Virus record (IMG/VR): IMGVR_UViG_3300027759_000050
Coordinates: 64,001-128,000 of that record
Length of the DNA: 64,000 nt
Direction: 5' to 3' (one strand)
Origin: a virus
Below, one piece after another: positions 55,583 to 64,000 of the stretch. The notes below the pieces were generated by a model. That model did no database searches, was not told the origin of the DNA, and saw only the letters and a list, made by a program, of their open reading frames with translations. A program made the translations under genes and the position numbers. The first letter of the stretch is position 1. Each line of letters begins with the position of its first letter.

Positions 55583-56392
55583 TCATTTCTCCAATGTGTT
55601 AAAGTTTTTAAAAATTACAAAAGCATCAAGACCAAATTGATGGTCTGGAATTCTATGTTGTTGGAATAAATTAGGATATTGAGTTGCACACATCAACATC
55701 ATTGATTGGTCATCATCTGTCAATCCTTCACTATACAGTTGTTCAAAAGCTTCAAACATTTTAGTTCTCATAAATGGCCAAAGTTTTTTATCTGCCACCA
55801 TTTTTGCACCTAAGATATGCACATCATTGGTTACTACAACTTGTTTAAAGGATACATTAGGTTTCAAATCTTTATAAGAAAACAAATGAATCTTTTCTGG
55901 ATCGAAATCATAACACCACTCAAGACTTTTTGGTAGTGTTTGTTCACTCCTACAATAACCAAAGTCTAACCAAGCAACAGTATCATTTGTTACCAAACCT
56001 TTATCTATTGCCAGATTTACAAAAGTGGATTTCAACAAATTAACCAAAACATATTTCTCACTCCAATATTCTGGATTTTTAATTTGACTTGGTTCAATCA
56101 TCCGTTTATAAGCTTCATTATTATGGATAGAAACTATCTTTTTTGAAACATCTGAAAATTCAGTAAATGGATCGTATTCAATAACTTTAATCCTGTCACT
56201 TACTTTTTTAAGTTTTTCAGCAATGTCAGGTGAAGTTATTACAATGATTTCATTCTTTAACTTAGTTAGATGTGTGAATCTTTCAATATATGTGTCTGTT
56301 GTTCTATGTAAATAGTGTGGATGACCTTTATCCATAGACCAATCACCACGACCAATATCAAAGAATGCTGTTACAATACTAATGTTTTTCAT
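55583..56392 (-). CDS. HtrL/YibB (WlaTC)-family glycosyltransferase-like protein
   Basis: IVTAFFDIGRG.W, PEYW...Y, AW+DFGY, DDDQ. Confidence 0.85.
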   Translation of the reverse strand: MKNISIVTAFFDIGRGDWSMDKGHPHYLHRTTDTYIERFTHLTKLKNEIIVITSPDIAEKLKKVSDRIKVIEYDPFTEFSDVSKKIVSIHNNEAYKRMIEPSQIKNPEYWSEKYVLVNLLKSTFVNLAIDKGLVTNDTVAWLDFGYCRSEQTLPKSLEWCYDFDPEKIHLFSYKDLKPNVSFKQVVVTNDVHILGAKMVADKKLWPFMRTKMFEAFEQLYSEGLTDDDQSMMLMCATQYPNLFQQHRIPDHQFGLDAFVIFKNFNTLEK

Positions 56393-56415
56393 TTTATTCC
56401 ATTTCAAATAATCTA

Positions 56416-57429
56416 TCAATAAGAATTGATTGTATGTGTTATTACTTTTTTCAGGCCTTCTGTGAAATCAATTTTTTTGGTCCAACCTAAAGATTTCAAA
56501 TAATCACCGGAAATCAAATACTTAAAATCGTGTCCTGGTCTATCAATGCTAGGGTCAACCATTTCATATGAAGTATCTTTACCCATGAATGCGGATACTA
56601 GTTTAACAATCTCCAAATTATCGTATTCATCATCACTTGAGATGTTGAATTTGAAACAATTTCCACCCCTATGATTCTCTGGTTGTTTTGGATTTTTCAA
56701 GTTAATCAAAAATAACAAAGCATCCGCAACATCAACTGCATGTAAATAACATCTGCTTCCAATTAGACCTGTTTTACTATCAAAGTGAACAATAACTTTT
56801 TCATTCTTATAAATTTTCTTTATAATCATTGGAATGTATTTTTCATCACTTTGTCTTTCTCCATAAACATTCATTGTGTGTGTTATGTAAATTGGAAGTT
56901 TATAAGTATTTTCATAGGCTACACACAATTCTTCTCCTGCTGCTTTTGAAGCTGAATATGGATTGCAAGCATTGAATCTATCCCATTCAGAAAACTTAAC
57001 ATTATCAATTGCTGGACCAAAAACTTCATCTGTGGAAAAATAAATCATTCTTTCTAAGTTTTTTAGTTTTCTAGCATACTCAAGTACATTAGCAGTACCA
57101 ATAATGTTATCATTGATAAATTCCATTGGGTACTTAATAGAACGAGTAACGTGAGATGCGGCCGCCATATGCAAAATGATGTTAACATCACCTAGCTTAT
57201 TGATTATGTAATCATTGAATTCAGCTTTCAAATCATGGTGTACAATACTGACTCTTTTCTTAGTTGCAGTATCAACATCTTTGAGTATTGAACTCAATCT
57301 GTTTAAATCACCAGAAAAATCCAATCTGTCTAAACAGACAATATCATAATCTGTATTTTGTAAAAAATAATAGACTACATGATGAGCAATAAAACCGGCA
57401 GAACCAGTTATCATAATTTTTTTAGCCAT
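56416..57429 (-). CDS. dTDP-glucose 4,6-dehydratase-like SDR
   Basis: TGSAGFI, H.AA.SHV.RSI, STDEVFG, PYSASKA, DRPGHD. Confidence 0.88.
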   Translation of the reverse strand: MAKKIMITGSAGFIAHHVVYYFLQNTDYDIVCLDRLDFSGDLNRLSSILKDVDTATKKRVSIVHHDLKAEFNDYIINKLGDVNIILHMAAASHVTRSIKYPMEFINDNIIGTANVLEYARKLKNLERMIYFSTDEVFGPAIDNVKFSEWDRFNACNPYSASKAAGEELCVAYENTYKLPIYITHTMNVYGERQSDEKYIPMIIKKIYKNEKVIVHFDSKTGLIGSRCYLHAVDVADALLFLINLKNPKQPENHRGGNCFKFNISSDDEYDNLEIVKLVSAFMGKDTSYEMVDPSIDRPGHDFKYLISGDYLKSLGWTKKIDFTEGLKKVITHTINSY

Positions 57430-57437
57430 TAATCACC

Positions 57438-58292
57438 TCAGTTTGTTTTGTAAATAAAGAAATTTTGTGGATCTTCTTGTTTATATTTTTTAGAAATATA
57501 ATCTTTCCATTCAGGAACCCTATCATACTGATGCACGATAGCAAAAGGTTTTCCTGTTGATGTATAAACAATATTATCCTTGTAGTAAGGTTCTGCTTCC
57601 AACAATTTAGGTCTAAACGAATCTATCTTTAGTGGGTCTGCTACAACACCAGCTTGACAAGCCCATCCATCTTTCTGTTTAGCAAACAAAACTATGTCTT
57701 TATAGGGATGAGTGTGCATTAGTAAGTTGAATGTTCCTTGGTCAAGAGCACCAGGAATTCTTAAAGCTAATAGGTAATTGTGTAAGAACAAGTCTCGCAA
57801 ATATTCAATTTTACCTCCAAGAACTCCAACATTAAACACTTCAAAATCTTTAAATTTTTCGTAAATATAAGGTCCAAAAGTGTCAATTAAATTTTGATTG
57901 TTCCAAGGTTCATCTTTGTATTTGATGCATTCAGCACCTGCAACAATTTTTTTGTCACCTAAGTTTTCAGTTAGCCATTTAAACGGGTCTGTTTGAAAAT
58001 AAACATCTTTCAAATCAGTCATTATTACATTGTCATACTTGTCGCTGTGTTCCAACAAAAAGTCATAAACAACAATCCAACGAGCAATGTGTGGTGGTAA
58101 GTTTGTTGTAGGTGGCATTCTTTTTATAATGAATCCCTTTTCTTCCAGTTTGTTTAATGTATCTGGATCGGTTTGACCAGCAATCATACATCTTTCAGCT
58201 GTTATACCTGCATCGTCAATTGATTCAACCCAAGGTTTGAGTTGATTATAATTGTAACCTGAGAATGCACCAATGATTAAATTTTTTTTCAT
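57438..58292 (-). CDS. GT-A fold glycosyltransferase-like protein
   Basis: TDLKDVYFQ.DP, N.G, DQ..+N, IVHQYDR. Confidence 0.7.
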   Translation of the reverse strand: MKKNLIIGAFSGYNYNQLKPWVESIDDAGITAERCMIAGQTDPDTLNKLEEKGFIIKRMPPTTNLPPHIARWIVVYDFLLEHSDKYDNVIMTDLKDVYFQTDPFKWLTENLGDKKIVAGAECIKYKDEPWNNQNLIDTFGPYIYEKFKDFEVFNVGVLGGKIEYLRDLFLHNYLLALRIPGALDQGTFNLLMHTHPYKDIVLFAKQKDGWACQAGVVADPLKIDSFRPKLLEAEPYYKDNIVYTSTGKPFAIVHQYDRVPEWKDYISKKYKQEDPQNFFIYKTN

Positions 58293-58327
58293 TTCAATAC
58301 TCCAATAGTCTTAGACAAATTCATAAA

Positions 58328-59047
58328 TTATTTCCTCCAAGGTAAATCACCATTATATTTTTGTTTCATCATTTCATTACCTTTTATGAAAAACTCAGCT
58401 TGAACGGAGTCTGACCGGCTAGCAACTCTATAATTTATTGTGTATTTGAAATTTGTATCAAACTGTTTCATATTCTGCATCATAAAAGGTGATAGTATCC
58501 TGTCAATTTCCGGTTGGTCATCGGGGTGTCTAGCTCTACGATACCAATAAGGTGAAAAACCTAATGCGGCTCGTTTTGGAATCATAAAACAGTTAACATC
58601 GACAAAATTATCATTAATAACTGAAATCCATTTACCCAATGATTCACAATCATCATTACATATGTATTCACCCTCCTGATTAACAATTTTTCGAAATGAG
58701 TAAGCCCAGTCATTTCCTTTTCTTATAACATCAACAAGAGTTTCTATGTGATTTTCTTCATACCAATTGTCTTCATCTAGGAAACAAAAGAAATCACCTT
58801 TAGCTAGATATGTCATAGCTCCATAAATTCGGTGACCATTATATTGTTCTTTTCCTGTAGCATACGGCAACTTGATTAAATCAATATTGGGATACTCTTG
58901 CATTATTGGATTGGCTTTTGCATGGTCACCATCAATCACCACAAGATGTTGTATGTTTTTATATGTTTGATTCTTAACACCATCAAGTGCTTGACGGACG
59001 CAAGATGCTCCGGTTGTTGGAGTTATCACTGTTATCATAGGATTCAT
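58328..59047 (-). CDS. GT2 glycosyltransferase
   Basis: VITPT, QTY, VV+DG, FLDEDNW. Confidence 0.85.
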   Translation of the reverse strand: MNPMITVITPTTGASCVRQALDGVKNQTYKNIQHLVVIDGDHAKANPIMQEYPNIDLIKLPYATGKEQYNGHRIYGAMTYLAKGDFFCFLDEDNWYEENHIETLVDVIRKGNDWAYSFRKIVNQEGEYICNDDCESLGKWISVINDNFVDVNCFMIPKRAALGFSPYWYRRARHPDDQPEIDRILSPFMMQNMKQFDTNFKYTINYRVASRSDSVQAEFFIKGNEMMKQKYNGDLPWRK

Positions 59048-59050
59048 AAT

Positions 59051-60157
59051 TTACCTCATAATGTCAATATTTTTACCTGAAGTCCAGACCTCAAGTTCCG
59101 TTCTGAGTCTAAGTTCATCTGTCAGTGTCAGATAACGATTTGTTGCTTTCTTTTTCCACCATTTAATAATATTTTCAAGGCTAAACTTATCATAGTTTTC
59201 ATCTTTAATCAAAATATCAGTTTCACCATTGACAACATCGATAAAATTCTCAAAGCCATAGTTAGATATGTAGTATCTCTTTTGTTCAGTTAAATTCTTT
59301 GCATTCTCAATTACCTCATTGAATCTTTTGAGTTCTTCTGTTCCTTTTAGTCCAGCTTTTGTTAAAGCAATGATTCTCATGCTTGTTTTTAGTTTCTTGC
59401 TTGATATGTCATCTTCAACAATTTTACCAACTTTAGATTCTACAAAATTACGCAAATTCTCATAAGGTTTTCCGTGCATCATTGGCAGAAAATCACTTTC
59501 AGTTTCACCTTTATGTCTTATATATGGCTTCATACCATCATACTGTGAAGATGACTTGGAAGAACCATAAAGACTTGTGGTTTCAAACATACACAAGTTC
59601 ATATCATACTTTTTGTTAATGATTTCACGGACTTCATGGGAACAACAGATAGCTGCAAGTAACTTTCCTCCCAAGTAATTGAAACCAAAAGGTTGTGCAG
59701 GTACAATAACAAACCCCATCATTGTGGTGTTATTGAATGCTTTTGCAGTCTCCGGCTTTTGTGTGAATACTTGTCCAAGCATTTCATTTCTAGGTTTGCA
59801 GTTGATAACTGGAGAACCAATGCGAATGAATCCAAGGAACTTGTTTGTCTTTTTCTCTTTGACACCTAAACGAATTTGGCGACCAACAGGTGAAATGTTA
59901 ATGTGTGATGAAGTGATATTCAGTAAAGTTTCCCATGTCTTGGTGTTACATTCAATAACATCAATTTCCATGTCATTTGGATGCATAGAAAAATCAGAGA
60001 ACAAATCATCTTCAACCGGGAATAATGGGTTTGTTGTCATTTCAGACAACGAGGCCAATTTTTGGTCTCGCATATATTCATCAATGCGTTCAAAGTTACT
60101 AAAGTAATCTTCAAATACTTTGGCACAATGAATAGCATCTTCCTTAGACAACATCAT
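59051..60157 (-). CDS. DUF4338-like (Mom/GNAT-related) protein
   Basis: GFI..GSP, PR, IVP.QPFG+NYLGGKLLA..C.S, ETTSLYG, SQY. Confidence 0.75.
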   Translation of the reverse strand: MMLSKEDAIHCAKVFEDYFSNFERIDEYMRDQKLASLSEMTTNPLFPVEDDLFSDFSMHPNDMEIDVIECNTKTWETLLNITSSHINISPVGRQIRLGVKEKKTNKFLGFIRIGSPVINCKPRNEMLGQVFTQKPETAKAFNNTTMMGFVIVPAQPFGFNYLGGKLLAAICCSHEVREIINKKYDMNLCMFETTSLYGSSKSSSQYDGMKPYIRHKGETESDFLPMMHGKPYENLRNFVESKVGKIVEDDISSKKLKTSMRIIALTKAGLKGTEELKRFNEVIENAKNLTEQKRYYISNYGFENFIDVVNGETDILIKDENYDKFSLENIIKWWKKKATNRYLTLTDELRLRTELEVWTSGKNIDIMR

Positions 60158-61545
60158 ATTTTAAATCCATCAAACGATTTCTTAGCTTTCAATTCTCGTT
60201 CACCAAAAGTGTTAATTGGTTTGTCTTGACCTGCATCAGCCAGTCCATCTTGACCGGATTGTTCTACATCATACAAACGCATTTTACTTCTGTCAACACC
60301 AAGGGTGAACCTCTTGTAATATGTAGGATCGTTGTAACGGTTCTTTAATTGTTTGACCATAATCTGGCCAAGTTCTTCCAGTTCTTCGGAAGAAATCAAG
60401 GCAAACATCAAGTCGGCTGTTGCAGGCAGACCAAAAGATTCACTGGTGTCTTCAAGACCAGGATCGGAACTACTGAAACCACTTCTTGTAGTTTGTGTAG
60501 CCGAAACAACAGGAACTTTGAATTCAACAGCTAAACCCCTAAGTTCTTCTGCAATAGATTTCACATAAGTGTAAGAGTTGATGTTTGAACCAGGTTTAAT
60601 CCTGGAAGAACAACAGATGTTCAGATAATCAATGAAGATAATATCTGGTCTAAATGACTTCTTCAAATATAGTTCATTTAGCAATGTTCTGAAATGAGTT
60701 GCAGATGCTGATGCGGTTGGATACTCTTTGATGATTAGTTTACCAGTTGTTTTAGATTTAACTTTTGCAACTTTCTTATCATACATTTCTTTAGACAAAT
60801 CTGTCAAATCATCCAATGATACATTCAATAAATTAGCATCAATACGTTCTGCTATCTTTTCTTCGGCCATCTCCATTGTGATATACAATACGTTACGGCC
60901 TTGAGACATAGCACCAGCGGCAACATGACACATAAACAAAGACTTACCGACACCAGTACCAGCCAAAGCAATATTAAGGGTTTTTGCTGGAAGACCACCT
61001 TTTGTGATTTTGTTGAAATAGTCGAGGTCGAATGGAATTCTTTCTTCCTTTCGGTGATAGAATTCATATCGTTCATCGGAATTCTCAAGATAATCGTGTC
61101 CAACAGATGTATCAAAGCTTACTCCAAGTGCGTCCGATAGTATCTTGGGAATCTGACCTTTGTCATGCGTTTTGTCTTTTCCATCGAGTATAGAAATCGA
61201 CCCCAATACTGCGTTGTATATGGCTTTTTCTTGGCAGAATTTTTCTGTCTTGTCAACAAGCCATTGAATCTGCGATTGTTCTGACTTAGTTTGCTCAATT
61301 TCTTTGAGATATTCTTCGCACTTCTCCACTTCTGCATCTGTGATATTGCGTAGGTCTTTGACGGCCAAACCAAGAGCTTCAACCGACGGTGGTACATTGT
61401 AAGTGCTTGTGAACGATGTAATCTCATTATAAATTGCTTTCTCTGTTCTGTCTGAAAAGTATTCTTCTTTTAAGAATGGAAGAACTTTCCTAAGATAGTC
61501 TTCCGAGTAAATCAGGTGTTTCAGAATCGTTGTCTCTAGTTTCAT
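60154..61545 (-). CDS. 41: Replicative helicase gp41
   Basis: AGTGVGKSL, EMAEE, KEYPT, DYLNIC, SATQT.R, KQLKNRY. Confidence 0.96.
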   Translation of the reverse strand: MKLETTILKHLIYSEDYLRKVLPFLKEEYFSDRTEKAIYNEITSFTSTYNVPPSVEALGLAVKDLRNITDAEVEKCEEYLKEIEQTKSEQSQIQWLVDKTEKFCQEKAIYNAVLGSISILDGKDKTHDKGQIPKILSDALGVSFDTSVGHDYLENSDERYEFYHRKEERIPFDLDYFNKITKGGLPAKTLNIALAGTGVGKSLFMCHVAAGAMSQGRNVLYITMEMAEEKIAERIDANLLNVSLDDLTDLSKEMYDKKVAKVKSKTTGKLIIKEYPTASASATHFRTLLNELYLKKSFRPDIIFIDYLNICCSSRIKPGSNINSYTYVKSIAEELRGLAVEFKVPVVSATQTTRSGFSSSDPGLEDTSESFGLPATADLMFALISSEELEELGQIMVKQLKNRYNDPTYYKRFTLGVDRSKMRLYDVEQSGQDGLADAGQDKPINTFGERELKAKKSFDGFKI

Positions 61546-61825
61546 CAATTATTTCCTCATCTATATTGGCAGACATAAGTTCTACCAACAAATCGCCTGC
61601 ATATTGTTTGAAATCCGAGTCTTTCTCCAAAAGTTTCGGCTTCATCACAGGACATTCTAACACATAATAAGCAAAAAGTAAATGGGGCCCTTCGGCATAC
61701 TCTCTAAAAGATACCTTACCATATTTGAATAAGGTATCCTTATAGTCGCCAGTTAGAATTTTGATATGTGCCGTTTCTTTATCATCCTTAGGATAAATGA
61801 AACAGTAGTCTATTCCTTCAATCAT
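61490..61825 (-). CDS. Conserved protein between uvsX and 41 (gp40 position)
   Basis: I.IL.G.Y....+.YGKV; synteny with T4 uvsX-40-41. Confidence 0.6.
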   Translation of the reverse strand: MIEGIDYCFIYPKDDKETAHIKILTGDYKDTLFKYGKVSFREYAEGPHLLFAYYVLECPVMKPKLLEKDSDFKQYAGDLLVELMSANIDEEIIDETRDNDSETPDLLGRLS

Positions 61826-62856
61826 TCCGATTCTTGCATAATGTCACCTGACGTAACACTATACTTCTCCTCAACGAATTTCATAAATGTTGGATCTTCC
61901 AAAATAGAGGTCCAGAAATCTTTGGTATCAGTGTCTTTGATTCGGTATTTTTTATCTTCAATTTCACCAGTTTTAGGATCAACTTTAGAATACCAACCAT
62001 TTGTAGGTTTCACTACATGTTTTGATTCAAGGGCAATGTCAAGTAAGCCAGACCACTTGCTAATACCGCCATCAAAAGATACAGAAACAGGAATTTTAGA
62101 TTTTTCTTTAACATAACGTGATTTTTCTACATTGATAATGAAATTGTAACCGACAATCTCGGTGCCTTCTTTTTCTTGTTGGCGACCAAGAATGAAAATA
62201 TTATCGGCAGAATAATAAGAACCTGTACCACCACCTACAATATCTTTAGGAAACATTCCAATTTCTTTGTAAGTATGATTTACTACAACCATTGGAATAT
62301 CTTTCAATGACAGGTGTGGAGTCACCATACGAAACAAGGATTTAACTTGTTTAGCACGGCTCATATCTGCTACTGATTTTCCATCCAATGCATCCTCAAC
62401 TTCTTTCTTTGAAGCAAGATTACCAATAGAATCGATAACGATGATAAGGTGTTCACCACGTTCCAATTCTGTCAGTTGTTTCATAATATCAAACTTTAAC
62501 TGTTCAATGTCGGTAAGAGGAGTATGCAACACCCTATCGGTATCAATACCGAATGAATCAAAGTAAGATTGAGGAGTGCCAAACTCAGAATCATAAAATA
62601 GTAAAGCTGCGTCATCATATTTGTCCATGTAAGATTTTGCCATCAATAAACTGAATGCTGTCTTAAAGTGTTTTGATGGACCTGCCCACATTGTAAGACC
62701 TGGTGTTAAACCGCCGTCGAGTTTTCCCGATAGTGCAACATTGACAATAGGCACTCCAGTTGGAATCATATCTTTGTTTAGAAAGAATTTTGATTTTGAT
62801 AGAATTGCAGAATCTTTGATGCTGCTGTTCTTTTTGATTTTATCTAATATACTCAT
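61822..62856 (-). CDS. uvsX: RecA-like recombinase UvsX
   Basis: AGPSKHFKT, YDSEFG, DSIGNLAS, VNHTY, GGTG.YYSA. Confidence 0.96.
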   Translation of the reverse strand: MSILDKIKKNSSIKDSAILSKSKFFLNKDMIPTGVPIVNVALSGKLDGGLTPGLTMWAGPSKHFKTAFSLLMAKSYMDKYDDAALLFYDSEFGTPQSYFDSFGIDTDRVLHTPLTDIEQLKFDIMKQLTELERGEHLIIVIDSIGNLASKKEVEDALDGKSVADMSRAKQVKSLFRMVTPHLSLKDIPMVVVNHTYKEIGMFPKDIVGGGTGSYYSADNIFILGRQQEKEGTEIVGYNFIINVEKSRYVKEKSKIPVSVSFDGGISKWSGLLDIALESKHVVKPTNGWYSKVDPKTGEIEDKKYRIKDTDTKDFWTSILEDPTFMKFVEEKYSVTSGDIMQESE

Positions 62857-62864
62857 ATTGTTCC

Positions 62865-64000
62865 TTAATTAAAAAAGTCATCTAGTGTCGTTTGTTTCTC
62901 TGTTGACCAACCCATGCAATCCAGAATAATCTTAATTGGTTCCAAGAAAGTCTTTTCGAATTGTGTATTGTAATCGATATATTTTGAAATGTCAAATTCT
63001 TTTGGCAATCTTGTTGGATAGGAGATAACCGTATCTTTGAATGGATTTGGCATAATCAAATATGAAAACTTAATCTTCTCACCTTCTTGAATCAAAGGAT
63101 ACTTCTTGGTCAACTTCATTTCTCTGAGATAATGATTGTAAAGAATTGCGCCCTTGACATGAATTGGTGTACCAGATTTGTATAAACTATTACTATCGGA
63201 GTATTTACTTAGGCCATTTAATCCGCGAGGGAATGAAATGTCTTCAGGTGGAAGTCCAGTAAAGTATTTTTTAAAGTCTGCAATAAACTTATGCATGTCC
63301 AACTCTGTGCCAGAAATCATAATTTGAATAGACTCTCGCATCTTTGACCGAACGGCCGCAGGCGTGGAAGACTTAATCATTTCAAGACCCATAACTTTCA
63401 AGTCAGGTTCATTGTAACGAACACCTTCATTATCATATACATTCATAATGTAACGCTTCTTGGCAGTCCAGATACCTTTGTCTGCAAGAGCTTCACGTTT
63501 CATCTGCATCTTCTGTGCATAACCATGGACATATTCGGCCAATTCATTGAATGACTTATCAATATGTGGTTCAATCTTATCTTTACAAACTTTGTCCATA
63601 AAATCAATAACTTTGGTCTTAGGCATAGAAACTACACCATCAACACCATATACTTTATTGACCAATGGCCCAAGTTTCAAGTAAATCGAATCTGTGTCGG
63701 ATGCAATGACATAATCTTTATCTTCCGTTGACAGAATCTTGTTCATGTATTGATTAATTTTGTTTTCAATCCATCGAATCGATAACTGACCAGCGGTAGT
63801 AACACCCAAAGCCATCCGTAAGTCATAGAATCTAAAATACTGAGAACCAAGGGCACCATAAGCAGAGTTAAGTGAAACTTTCTTCGCCAATTGTAGATTA
63901 TTGAATCGTGCAATTCGTTTTTCGATTTCATACTTTTTGGAAACATCTTTTTCATTTTCATAATCCTGCTTGGCATTCAACATCATCTTCTTGAATTTTT
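62865..64000 (-). CDS. 43: Family B DNA polymerase gp43, 3' part (truncated by window)
   Basis: K+.LNSAYGALG, ASDTDSIY, KKRY, G+E...SSTP, clamp-binding tail LDDFF. Confidence 0.97.
   Translation of the reverse strand, partial: KFKKMMLNAKQDYENEKDVSKKYEIEKRIARFNNLQLAKKVSLNSAYGALGSQYFRFYDLRMALGVTTAGQLSIRWIENKINQYMNKILSTEDKDYVIASDTDSIYLKLGPLVNKVYGVDGVVSMPKTKVIDFMDKVCKDKIEPHIDKSFNELAEYVHGYAQKMQMKREALADKGIWTAKKRYIMNVYDNEGVRYNEPDLKVMGLEMIKSSTPAAVRSKMRESIQIMISGTELDMHKFIADFKKYFTGLPPEDISFPRGLNGLSKYSDSNSLYKSGTPIHVKGAILYNHYLREMKLTKKYPLIQEGEKIKFSYLIMPNPFKDTVISYPTRLPKEFDISKYIDYNTQFEKTFLEPIKIILDCMGWSTEKQTTLDDFFN

Noticed and set aside
59051-60157. Druantia defence system (DruA shares DUF4338)
   Set aside because: No DruE helicase or other dru genes; position after gp41 fits a resident phage gene
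1-64000. Alternative genetic code
   Set aside because: Core genes are full length in the standard bacterial code; the one split gene involves a frame change, not stop reassignment

Overview
This is a 64-kb segment of a large lytic T4-like (Tevenvirinae-related) myophage genome. The host is Gram-negative (spanins, beta-barrel OMP, sigma70 promoters), plausibly a freshwater proteobacterium. Nearly all genes are on the minus strand. From the right end: replication core (gp43 3' part, uvsX, gp41); a DUF4338 plus glycosyl/methyltransferase block; a late-promoter cluster of His-rich, probably capsid-packaged enzymes (split ligase-fold protein, two PD-(D/E)XK-like proteins, cytidylyltransferase-kinase) and head polyproteins; a lysis cassette containing a chemoreceptor-like sensor domain; gp61, thyX, and nrdA/nrdB flanking a PlcP-like phosphoesterase and a GT2; rnh, CobT-like, GalE-like and groES genes. 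A GC-richer early hub at about 20.3-24.6 kb carries a dozen sigma70 promoters diverging from a 90-bp symmetric element, with a Fur box, OxyR-like boxes and a repeated operator. Further left lie a long array of small early genes, two free-standing homing endonucleases that appear to have rebuilt the gene ends they disrupted, phoH, an exonuclease, a gp38-like adhesin, a circularly permuted (two-piece) tmRNA gene and an OMP. Best leads: the permuted tmRNA and several T-loop stem RNAs, the His-rich module, the symmetric promoter hub, the PlcP/GT2 pair and the sensor domain in the lysis cassette. All family calls come from motif recognition by eye; no database searches were run.
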